Positions 48,443 to 56,214 of a DNA stretch of 64,000 bases are shown here, piece after piece (position 1 is the first letter of the stretch; the number at the start of each line of letters is the position of its first letter). The notes beneath the pieces are model-generated. The model made no database searches, was not told the origin of the DNA, and saw only the letters and a program-made list of their open reading frames with translations. Source of the DNA: an uncultured Candidatus Saccharibacteria bacterium (lineage in GTDB: Bacteria; Patescibacteriota; Minisyncoccia; UBA6257; HR35); the NCBI GenBank assembly GCA_964655375.1, contig CAZZNB010000045.1:2015-66014 (forward strand), read 5' to 3'. Made by a program: the position numbers and the translations under genes.

Positions 48443-49351
48443 CTATAATTCTTTTAATCTAGATAAAATATGTTCTAATATTTCTTCGTGGGGCCCTGGT
48501 AAACTTATTCTAAACGGAGCTCCGCTTTTTAGTTCAAACATTTTCACTAAGTTAATTTCTTTTAATTTCGTTCCTATAATCGTAATTTCCTCATTGTTAT
48601 TTCCATATTTTTGTATGATTATCATGTCAAATCTTTTATATCCTAACATAAATAATCTTGTTATATCCACTTTTTTCTTTGGATCTAATTTTATATAACC
48701 AATTTTATATTTACCCCCAGCTATTAATTCTATATTTTCTGAAGCTTCTATTGTATTTCTTTCTATTTCTTCATATAATTTACCGTATTCCTCTAATAAC
48801 CTTCTCTCTTCACTATTATCTTCACTTTTATAACTTTTAACAAGATATCTAACTATTGTTCTCATTATGTTTTCTTTTAACCTTTCATCTTCACTTAAGA
48901 TTCCATATTTTAATGATCTATTTAAGAAAATAGATAAATCTGTTTCTTTATATTCTGTAGGTCTATCCGCAGCATTCGCTGCAGCGACCCACTCTTCTCT
49001 TACTATAAACCCATTATCTTTCATCAATTGGGGGCAGCTTGGGCTATCCCCAACTATAACTTTTTCTTCTCCTAGCCATTCTTGTAGATATATATATCCC
49101 TCATGATGGTCTATCCACAATCTTATTTTATCTTTATATCTTTCAATAAATTCTCTCGTCATATCTGGATTCCTATTATTTACTGCTATGTCGACAACAA
49201 AAATTTCCTCTATATTTGCAGGAATATTTATTTTATCTAACAAGAATGGCTGTGTAAAGATTATATTTCTTTCAGATATACCGAAGTTTATTGAAATTAT
49301 CGTTGCAGATATTACACCATCAATATCACCATGAGAAACCACAAACTTCAT
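48443..49351 (-). CDS. DHH-family phosphoesterase (NrnA-like), island gene
   Basis: DHH motif I VVSHGDIDG and motif III WIDHHEG. The true start is ATG at 49351, preceded by GGAGGTG 6 nt upstream. The track start at 49360 lies inside the SD. Confidence 0.7.
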   Translation of the reverse strand: MKFVVSHGDIDGVISATIISINFGISERNIIFTQPFLLDKINIPANIEEIFVVDIAVNNRNPDMTREFIERYKDKIRLWIDHHEGYIYLQEWLGEEKVIVGDSPSCPQLMKDNGFIVREEWVAAANAADRPTEYKETDLSIFLNRSLKYGILSEDERLKENIMRTIVRYLVKSYKSEDNSEERRLLEEYGKLYEEIERNTIEASENIELIAGGKYKIGYIKLDPKKKVDITRLFMLGYKRFDMIIIQKYGNNNEEITIIGTKLKEINLVKMFELKSGAPFRISLPGPHEEILEHILSRLKEL

Positions 49352-49479
49352 AAGTTTCACCTCCTTTTAGATTACTAATAAAATTTTAACATATTTTTAA
49401 AAACAAAATATTTTCAAAATTGTGTCAAATAAAAATGGCTGGGCAATTACCCCAGATTACCCAGCCAGAATTTACATTT

Positions 49480-50382
49480 TTATACTTTTTTATAGGTTTC
49501 TTTTATCTTAATAACCCTCTCTGTCTTAATTACTTCGAAAACTATATAGTATCTTTTTAATCTCTCTTCGTATCCTACATAATTTATTGATACTAAATTT
49601 TCGTTATATAAATTAGGTTCAATCTTCACCAAAAAATCTATAATTTCAGAATAATTTCTGAAACTAAAGTTATTTAGATTTCGCGAATATTCATATTTTG
49701 TACTACCTAACAAAACTCCTTTTAATCTTACTTTCCCTGTTTTTTTATACTCTACCAATCTTTCTAATGTTTGCTTGATATGAAATTCTACTCTAGCTTT
49801 AACTAACCTAGACTTCCCTATGATTTCATAAACTTTTCTGTTTTCATCTACAAAATATATTGCTTTATATTTACCTCTATTTGCAATTAATAAACAGGGA
49901 ATTTCACTATTTATTGAACTTATTTGAGATCTTGGGGGGAAGCTTAATATATGACTTACTAATTTTTGCTGATTCTCGTTCATCATTCTTATTTCCTCAT
50001 TCAACCTCTCAATGTTTATTTGCAATCTAATTTTTTCTTCGCTTAAAGATCTTATATTTTCTTCTAGGGATTTAACTTCCAAATCTCTACTTATAATATA
50101 TTGTTCAATTAAATATTCATCTTCGAATTCGTCCTTTATTCTAGCTACTGCTTCATTTATTATTTTTGCTAATTCTTCAGCAACTCTTTTATCTTCTGCT
50201 TTTACTATGTCAGGATGAATTACTGCTAATAAATAAGCTCTATGTAAATCTACAAGTCTCTTTAATAAGGCTTTATTTCTCTTCAATATTCCTATAAAGC
50301 TGGGGGTAAAGCCTAATATCTCATACGGGTTTTTACCACTTAATTTCTTTACTGTTTCAACAAGAACTATCTCCTTTTTCAT
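49480..50382 (-). CDS. J-domain (DnaJ-like) protein with coiled coil and unknown C-terminal domain, island gene
   Basis: J-domain NPYEILGF...LLKRLVDLHRAYLLAVIHPDIV with the HPD tripeptide. Start ATG at 50382 with GGAGGTG 6 nt upstream. Confidence 0.65.
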   Translation of the reverse strand: MKKEIVLVETVKKLSGKNPYEILGFTPSFIGILKRNKALLKRLVDLHRAYLLAVIHPDIVKAEDKRVAEELAKIINEAVARIKDEFEDEYLIEQYIISRDLEVKSLEENIRSLSEEKIRLQINIERLNEEIRMMNENQQKLVSHILSFPPRSQISSINSEIPCLLIANRGKYKAIYFVDENRKVYEIIGKSRLVKARVEFHIKQTLERLVEYKKTGKVRLKGVLLGSTKYEYSRNLNNFSFRNYSEIIDFLVKIEPNLYNENLVSINYVGYEERLKRYYIVFEVIKTERVIKIKETYKKV

Positions 50383-50494
50383 TTTAGTCACCTCCAAATT
50401 TTATTTTACAAATTTTTTAAAAAAAAATTAAAGCCCTAGCAAGGCTAGGGCCTATGTTTTTGTAGTTGATTTTCTTTTCATATATTTTCTATAC

Positions 50495-50971
50495 TTAACC
50501 TATTTGCTCTTCATAATCTAACCACATAAAAAATTCTTCTATATTAGCAAAATTTATTTCGAGATATCTTATAAATTTTAATATCTGTCTTTCGCTATCA
50601 AATCTATTAGTAATTATATAGTCTATTAATTTATAGAAGTTATATAAATCTCTATCGCATACATCCAGTATTCTTCTTACCGTATAAATTTGGCATTTTA
50701 AATATTCTGCTGCCTCTAGTATGCTATCTATTTCTTCGAAGGTATAACCATATTTTAATCTCCACTGAATTATCCAATAAATTGGTTTATTATAACGTTC
50801 CATCATATAAAGAACAGATTCCACATCTTCTCTTTTGAATTTACACTCTACCATTCTATCTATCATCCTTTTTGTAATTCTTAAATATGTACCATACCTC
50901 TGATTATATTCTTCTATTAACTTTTGATACCACTCTCTTCGTACCAGTGCTCTGCCTTTTTCTTCCCCCAC
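50495..50971 (-). CDS. Hypothetical protein, island gene (GTG start)
   Basis: 158 aa. GTG at 50971 is preceded by GGAGGTG at 7 nt. Followed by a hairpin terminator. Confidence 0.45.
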   Translation of the reverse strand: MGEEKGRALVRREWYQKLIEEYNQRYGTYLRITKRMIDRMVECKFKREDVESVLYMMERYNKPIYWIIQWRLKYGYTFEEIDSILEAAEYLKCQIYTVRRILDVCDRDLYNFYKLIDYIITNRFDSERQILKFIRYLEINFANIEEFFMWLDYEEQIG

Positions 50972-51059
50972 CTTTAGTCACCTCCTACTTAAATTTTAAA
51001 AATTTTTTAAAAAAAATTAAAGGCCGACAGAATCGGCCCTTTTCTTAAGAAAGATAAAT

Positions 51060-51467
51060 TTATAATCTCGATAAAATAAATCTTAAGAGTGCGTAAGAAT
51101 CTCTCATATAATTTACTATTCTTTTTAACTTTTCCCTTTCTTCTTGATTTAATATTTTCTTTTCAGATAATTTTTTATATTCGTCAGAATAAAGAGAATG
51201 TTCTAATAAAAATTTAATTCTTTGCCATATTATCTTTTTTTCGCTATATTTGTTTAACTTCCACTTTTCTAAAATACCACTTATTTTTAATTCGAACATA
51301 ACATTATCATATTTATCATACATCAATTCTATATTTATCTTTTCTTTACTTCTTAATTGCTCAAATTCAAACTTAATATCTTCTATTATATCTTTAATCA
51401 ATTTTTTTAGTCTTTCATTTATTTCACTTTCAATTTCTAACAACCTTTCTGTTTGTTCCAATATCAT
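51060..51467 (-). CDS. Hypothetical coiled-coil protein, island gene
   Basis: The real start is ATG at 51467 (MILEQTERLL), with GGAGGTG 6 nt upstream. The track ORF is over-extended. Followed by a terminator. Confidence 0.45.
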   Translation of the reverse strand: MILEQTERLLEIESEINERLKKLIKDIIEDIKFEFEQLRSKEKINIELMYDKYDNVMFELKISGILEKWKLNKYSEKKIIWQRIKFLLEHSLYSDEYKKLSEKKILNQEEREKLKRIVNYMRDSYALLRFILSRL

Positions 51468-51556
51468 TGTCTTCACCTCCTTATTTGTGCTAATTATATT
51501 ATAAAAGCATAAAAGCCAGGGCAAAAACCCTGGCCTTTTTTATTTTTTAGATATTC

Positions 51557-52177
51557 TCATAGCCTTTCCAGGTTCCCATCACTATATAATAATATTCCAT
51601 CATTTAAATAATATTTAGGCCCCCCATTTTTATTTGTACCCACTACTATATACACCTTAGAATTCTTCTCTAGACCATTAACTAACAATATACCTAAGGA
51701 TTTATACAACAAATCTTCAGGATTTTCAGGCTTTTTATCTTTAAATTCTATTAATGTATTCCATGCTAACTTAAATATATCTACCTGAGGTTCGTATAAA
51801 CAAAATAATATTTCTTTAGAAATATTTCTTGACTTAGCTGTGTATACTAATTCTACAATCTTTATCATCCATGCTAAAGTAACCTCTTTTAGCTTTTCTT
51901 TATATTTTTCTATTTCGCTTATAGATACTCTAATTTTCTCCGGTAATCCCGGAGGAAATATAAATACTATTTGATATCCTAATTCATGTACTCTATTGGG
52001 AGGCAATATGTTTCCTTGCTCATCGCAAGGCACCACCTCCCAATTATTAGGACCAATTATATATATTACCTTATCAAATATGATCTTCTTTCGTTCTTCT
52101 TTAGCAGGCTCCTCTGTTGGAGCCTGTTCTTCTGTTAATTTTTTGTATTCTCTAAAGAGATCCTCTAGTTGTTCCAT
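51557..52177 (-). CDS. Hypothetical protein, island gene
   Basis: The real start is ATG at 52177 (MEQLEDL), with GGAGGTG 7 nt upstream. 206 aa. Followed by a terminator. Confidence 0.45.
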   Translation of the reverse strand: MEQLEDLFREYKKLTEEQAPTEEPAKEERKKIIFDKVIYIIGPNNWEVVPCDEQGNILPPNRVHELGYQIVFIFPPGLPEKIRVSISEIEKYKEKLKEVTLAWMIKIVELVYTAKSRNISKEILFCLYEPQVDIFKLAWNTLIEFKDKKPENPEDLLYKSLGILLVNGLEKNSKVYIVVGTNKNGGPKYYLNDGILLYSDGNLERL

Positions 52178-52460
52178 AAAAACCACCTCCATCTAATTTT
52201 AGACTGCCAATTAAATTATAAAATAAGTTTATTTTGTCAAATAAAAATCTAATTCGCCCAAAATTTAAAATATAATCAAACATACTTTTTGTCAATTTAT
52301 ATAGCATTTGATTTTTATTTAAAAAATATTATTTAATACCTAAATAATTAAAATCTTTCTAATAAAATTGTTAATTCCTACCCCAATTATTTCTAGTAAA
52401 ACAAAAAGTACTGATTTAACTATTTAATTATTTATGTATCTTGGCTGATTTAATGTAGTA

Positions 52461-52488
52461 TTGACTTTTAAAAATTATTTAATATAAT
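52461..52488 (+). promoter_or_regulatory. Consensus sigma70-type promoter P1 (TTGACT-16-TATAAT)
   Basis: -35 at 52461-52466, -10 at 52483-52488, then SD GGAGGTG at 52495-52501 and ATG at 52509. Confidence 0.55.
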
Positions 52489-52508
52489 TAACTTGGAGGT
52501 GGTCTAAA

Positions 52509-52751
52509 ATGAGAAGAAGAATGATAGATACTATTATATTAACTATAATAACAATATCACCAATAGTAGTTATACTTATAATCACAAAAACAGATCCATT
52601 TTTGGAATATATAGCAAAAGTAAACCCAGAAATTTGGATGAATATAATGGCACCTATAGGAATATTGTTTGGTATGATACTTACTTTTGCATATATCACC
52701 TTATTGTTAATATATTCTGAGTATAGGCATAGAAATACGAATAGAAGATAG
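52509..52751 (+). CDS. Small 2-TM membrane protein, island gene
   Basis: 80 aa. Has its own promoter, a perfect SD and a terminator (hairpin gcccgcgataaaagcgggc at 52813-52831 plus a T-run). Confidence 0.5.
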   Translation: MRRRMIDTIILTIITISPIVVILIITKTDPFLEYIAKVNPEIWMNIMAPIGILFGMILTFAYITLLLIYSEYRHRNTNRR

Positions 52752-52812
52752 AAATCAATAAGACAAAATGAGAAATAAGCGGAATATATAAAAATTTTTA
52801 GAAAAAACATTA

Positions 52813-52850
52813 GCCCGCGATAAAAGCGGGCAATATTTTTTTATATTTTT
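52813..52850 (+). terminator. Rho-independent terminator
   Basis: GC hairpin gcccgcg-ataaaa-gcgggc followed by a T-rich tail. Confidence 0.6.
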
Positions 52851-52995
52851 TAATTTAAATTAATAAAAGAAATAAATATCTTTTCCAAACAAGCCAATCT
52901 TATTTACCGCATTCAATATTCCTATATTTTGATGATGAAAATGTTTATAGAATAGACTAAAAATAGCTAAAAGCTCTTTAATATTTTTTACCCTA

Positions 52996-53024
52996 TTGAC
53001 TTTTTTCAAAAAAATTATTATACT
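52996..53024 (+). promoter_or_regulatory. Consensus sigma70-type promoter P2 (TTGACT-17-TATACT)
   Basis: -35 at 52996-53001, -10 at 53019-53024, SD GGAGGTG at 53032-53038. Confidence 0.5.
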
Positions 53025-53044
53025 AATAACTGGAGGTGACTACA

Positions 53045-53305
53045 ATGAAAAAACACAAGATAATGTTAAATATAGCAATTAGTATAATAATGTTAAATAT
53101 ATTTCTGTTGGTATATGATACTTTCGTAAATACTAACTTTCTTCAATATATATACTATAAAGAAAATACATTAATACACACAAATATAGAAAGAACCTTG
53201 AAAATAATAAGTATACTGATGATAATAAATAGCCTTGGACTGTTTTTAATAATTTATATTCACATACGAGATAGAATAATAAAAATCATTAATAAAATCT
53301 TTTAA
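53045..53305 (+). CDS. Small 2-TM membrane protein, island gene
   Basis: ATG at 53045 (MKKHKIML), 6 nt after GGAGGTG. 86 aa. Followed by a hairpin terminator (ccccgcag...ctgcgggg, 53327-53355). Confidence 0.5.
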   Translation: MKKHKIMLNIAISIIMLNIFLLVYDTFVNTNFLQYIYYKENTLIHTNIERTLKIISILMIINSLGLFLIIYIHIRDRIIKIINKIF

Positions 53306-53432
53306 AAAATAAAACCAATACTAAAAGCCCCGCAGAAAATAAATAACTGCGGGGCAAAATTTTATTACAAAAATAGTATAATTGAAACAAAATATAGTCA
53401 AAAATATACGAAAAATATATATTTTTTACATC

Positions 53433-53460
53433 TTGACAAATAAAAATAAGTGATTATAAT
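53433..53460 (+). promoter_or_regulatory. Perfect consensus promoter P3 (TTGACA-16-TATAAT) driving the GC-rich cassette
   Basis: -35 at 53433-53438, -10 at 53455-53460. Confidence 0.55.
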
Positions 53461-53575
53461 TATTATTGGATACACTTAAAGTAGTATAAGACGTAAACTC
53501 CCCCGGGAGGGGGTTACAGGGAGCTGAGGGACTCCCTGTAGCTCGCCCGGGGAATAGAAAAGGAGGTGAAAGAAG

Positions 53576-53959
53576 ATGGATGAGCTGAAATTGAAACCTC
53601 ACAAACAACCCCAACCTCAACAACAACAGGAAGAGCAACAACCCCAACCTCAACCCCAACCCCCTACCAAGAAGGTCATTTTGCTTTTTGGTAGGGGGAC
53701 CGTCCAGTACGATCAGAGTAAGTACACTTTGATCGTACTGACGGGGATCCAACCCCACCCCCTGCACCAACCGGAGGAGTGGCTTGAGTTTGTCAAGTCG
53801 ATCCTCCGGGCCTTCTCCATCGCGAGGGTGGAAGAAGTGGTTATCGCGGTGGAGAGGGCACAGGTCCCCACGTTGATCTCTCTCACGCGGAACAATAAAA
53901 AGTTCCGCGTGGCACCCGCCGTCGTTAAGGACGGAAAGGTGTTCTACCCCGTAGTTTAA
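53576..53959 (+). CDS. GC-rich hypothetical protein with PQ-repeat N-terminus
   Basis: 127 aa: MDELKLKPHKQPQPQQQQEEQQPQPQPQPPTKK.... Perfect SD aaaGGAGGTGaaagaagATG. Codon usage is completely unlike the rest of the window. Confidence 0.45.
   Translation: MDELKLKPHKQPQPQQQQEEQQPQPQPQPPTKKVILLFGRGTVQYDQSKYTLIVLTGIQPHPLHQPEEWLEFVKSILRAFSIARVEEVVIAVERAQVPTLISLTRNNKKFRVAPAVVKDGKVFYPVV
53705..53740 (+). repeat. 11-bp perfect inverted repeat (cagtacgatca ... tgatcgtactg) with 14-bp spacer inside the GC-rich ORF
   Basis: Read directly. It is the reason both strands encode YDQS.YTLIVL. Confidence 0.6.
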
Positions 53960-54086
53960 GTCCTAACTTCCCAACCCTAACCACCCCACACCGCCCCCCG
54001 GCCCGACCCTCAGGGTTTCCCGTACAGGGGGGCTATTTAATTTTATGGAGAAATTTTTAATAGAAAAATTAAAAATTTTTAAGGAC

Positions 54087-54114
54087 TTGACAAATTAAAA
54101 TAATTTGTTATAAA
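54087..54114 (+). promoter_or_regulatory. Consensus promoter P4 (TTGACA-16-TATAAA)
   Basis: -35 at 54087-54092, -10 at 54109-54114, SD GGAGGTG at 54134-54140. Confidence 0.5.
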
Positions 54115-54146
54115 AATTATTAGCAAACTTGAAGGAGGTGCCTGAA

Positions 54147-54383
54147 ATGGAAAAATGTTTGGTCAAGAGAGAAAGAAAGAAGAAAAATAATAGAAGAGAA
54201 ATAAGAATTTTTTGTAGAAATTGTGAGGTAGAAATTTTTAGATACATAAAATATAAAGATACAGCAATTTACGATATAGAAGATTTGAGAATAGTAGGTG
54301 TTGATTTAGAAGAAGATAAAAAAATTTTAGAAATAGAATGTTGGAAATGTAAAAAAATATATAAAATTCAAGTAGAACCATAA
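54147..54383 (+). CDS. Small zinc-ribbon protein (CxxC...CxxC), island gene
   Basis: ATG at 54147 (MEKCLVKRERKKK...), 6 nt after the SD. Cys pairs CRNCEVE and CWKCKK. Followed by the terminator acgcaccc-tttt-gggtgcgt at 54413-54447. Confidence 0.5.
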   Translation: MEKCLVKRERKKKNNRREIRIFCRNCEVEIFRYIKYKDTAIYDIEDLRIVGVDLEEDKKILEIECWKCKKIYKIQVEP

Positions 54384-54412
54384 TAAATAAAATTTTTTCA
54401 AAAATAAACACA

Positions 54413-54447
54413 CACGCACCCTTTTGGGTGCGTTATTCATTTTTTGA
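54413..54447 (+). terminator. Rho-independent terminator
   Basis: Hairpin cacgcaccc/gggtgcgtg followed by tattcattttttg. Confidence 0.6.
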
Positions 54448-54850
54448 AATACATTGTCTAGTCTTATGACATATAAAAATAATAATTATTATATTTATTT
54501 TTAGACAAGGAAAAATAGCTTAAATACTAAATTGTTTTACAAAATTTAAAATTTTTGCGAAAATCTGTTTAGCTAAATTTTACCTATAGAAAACTATATC
54601 TCTCTTTGAAAAACTTAGAGCTTTAGAATTGATAAATCTTATAGATTAATTTTTAAATAATAAATAAGAAAAATTTTTAATTATTCATAGATATTATGAT
54701 TGTACATATAAAAAGATTCGTTTATTAATTTAAAAGATACTATGAAAATTAAGAAATAAATTTCTTCCTAATTAATACAAATTTTGAAATTTTAATTGCC
54801 TTAAAAATAATTACATTTAATAAAAAACTCAAATATTTTAATTTGATTTT

Positions 54851-54872
54851 CTATATTTCTATAGAAATATAG
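54851..54872. repeat. 22-bp perfect palindrome ctatatttctatagaaatatag in a 750-bp gene-free AT-rich stretch
   Basis: The sequence equals its own reverse complement. A related motif, cctatagaaaactatatc, lies at about 54578. Confidence 0.6.
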
Positions 54873-55148
54873 AAATTGATATTTTTAAATTTTTTACAAA
54901 TGAAGATGCTTTATCTATTTGGAGCTTTTATTTCAATAGATTAAAAAATGTAAATTAAAAAACTACCGTTGTTTATGCGTATATCTGTTGATTATTTTGA
55001 TTAAAATAAAAGTCTTTTTTATTTGCTTTTTAAAACCTTTAGAATACTTTATAAAATTATCGAAGGAATATTTATTTTTAAGAAAATTTGAAATTATTTT
55101 TTATCATTTAAAATTTAATCAGAAAGCTAAAAGGAGGTGAAAAAGTTG

Positions 55149-55478
55149 ATGGAGGTGATGAACGAGCTATTATTAGAAGAAATTAAATTAATGTATAAAA
55201 ATTCTAAAGATGCATTAATAAAGCTTCATGATTTATTATGTAATGTTCGTTTAAGAGTTAAAGAAGTTGAGTTAAATGTAAGATTTTATGAAGAAAAGAA
55301 AACTTTTGTTATTATGCCAAAATTATCAAGCTTTGAAGAAAAAATTGATTATTTAATTAAAAACTATAATAAGCTATTTAGTAATGAAAATTTAGAAAAA
55401 GAAGATTTGGAATTTTACTTAGAATTATTAAATGAAGTTATAGAAACTTTAGAAAGGACCATAAAAAAACTCAGCTAA
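55149..55478 (+). CDS. Hypothetical coiled-coil protein, island gene
   Basis: ATG at 55149, 9 nt after GGAGGTG (55133-55139). 109 aa. Followed by the hairpin terminator cggagctgg-tatcat-ccagctccg at 55488-55511. Confidence 0.45.
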   Translation: MEVMNELLLEEIKLMYKNSKDALIKLHDLLCNVRLRVKEVELNVRFYEEKKTFVIMPKLSSFEEKIDYLIKNYNKLFSNENLEKEDLEFYLELLNEVIETLERTIKKLS

Positions 55479-55678
55479 AAAGTAAATCGGAGCTGGTATC
55501 ATCCAGCTCCGTTAATTATTTTCTAATTGTAAGATAGAGGAAAGAAAAAGAGAAGAAGAAAGAATAAAAGAAGAACTTTCATTATGGTATGATTATTAAA
55601 ATTTAGATTAAAGATAGAATAAGGGGAGGCATTTAACCTCCCCTATTATAATTTATCGCTTAATTTTCCGATATGATG

Positions 55679-55825
55679 TTACGGAGGAATATCTGGTCTA
55701 ATTGTATGCGTTCTCTGTACCGGGCAAACTCTTCTAGGGTCCCACTCAGGATGTTTATCAGGATCTATTTTGGGTGTTGGCTTAGGCTTTACTGGTGTTT
55801 TCGGCCTTGTCTTTTCTCTTTGCAT
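55679..55825 (-). CDS. Small Lys/Pro-rich basic protein (48 aa), absent from the ORF track
   Basis: Manual translation gives MQREKTRPKTPVKPKPTPKIDPDKHPEWDPRRVCPVQRTHTIRPDIPP. ATG at 55825 overlaps the TGA of the upstream gene (tgATG). GGAGGTG lies 7 nt upstream. Followed by a terminator at 55621-55645. The plus-strand ORF 55673-55888 in the track is probably its antisense artefact. Confidence 0.45.
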   Translation of the reverse strand: MQREKTRPKTPVKPKPTPKIDPDKHPEWDPRRVCPVQRTHTIRPDIPP

Positions 55826-56214
55826 CACACTTCACCTCCTCCTTCAAAGAGTCTTTTGAGCCTTTTCATCTCATTTTCCTCAGTATAATTCTTATCTTTT
55901 ATAGTTAATACTTTTTTAGCTTCAAAAATCAACTCTGCTCCTACCATATTTCTATTAATATCTACATCTTCAAAGCTTGAAACTGTTAATATTGCTAACA
56001 ATAATTCTTCTCTAATCGCAATTGTTACCATTTCTTTATCTAAGGAGAAAATATTTTCTTTTTCAGAAATATTAGGTATTTCTTTTAATATTTCTTCTAT
56101 AAGCTCATACCCTTCCTCTTTCTCTATAAGTCCGTTTTGTATAGCCAACAATATTCTTGTCCATAAATATCTTACAGATGCAAAGCTAAGACTAAGCTTA
56201 ACATTTTCAAACAT
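55825..56214 (-). CDS. Hypothetical protein, island operon gene 2
   Basis: ATG at 56214 (MFENVKLS), preceded by GGGAGGTG at 6 nt. The track start at 56223 is a GTG inside the SD. Confidence 0.45.
   Translation of the reverse strand: MFENVKLSLSFASVRYLWTRILLAIQNGLIEKEEGYELIEEILKEIPNISEKENIFSLDKEMVTIAIREELLLAILTVSSFEDVDINRNMVGAELIFEAKKVLTIKDKNYTEENEMKRLKRLFEGGGEV

Larger units (their letters stand above)
53497..54033 (+). mobile_element. GC-rich ~537-bp cassette with imperfect inverted-repeat ends embedded in AT-rich DNA (MITE- or foreign-fragment-like)
   Basis: An abrupt switch to G+C-rich sequence. The 5' end reads cccccgggagggggttacagggagctgagggactccctgtagctcgcccgggg. The 3' end reads ccgccccccggcccgaccctcagggtttcccgtacagggggg. 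Both ends share ctgaggg, ccctgta and cg(g/c)cccgg(g) modules in inverted orientation. Confidence 0.4.

Noticed and set aside
53426-53895. Minus-strand ORFs 53426-53770 and 53713-53895 overlapping the GC-rich gene
   Set aside because: GC-rich DNA lacks stop codons in all frames. The plus-strand gene has the promoter, SD and terminator. The shared YDQS.YTLIVL peptide is a by-product of the 11-bp inverted repeat.
55673-55888. Plus-strand 71-aa ORF
   Set aside because: No SD or promoter. The antisense minus strand carries a translationally coupled small ORF with a perfect SD and a terminator, which better explains the region.
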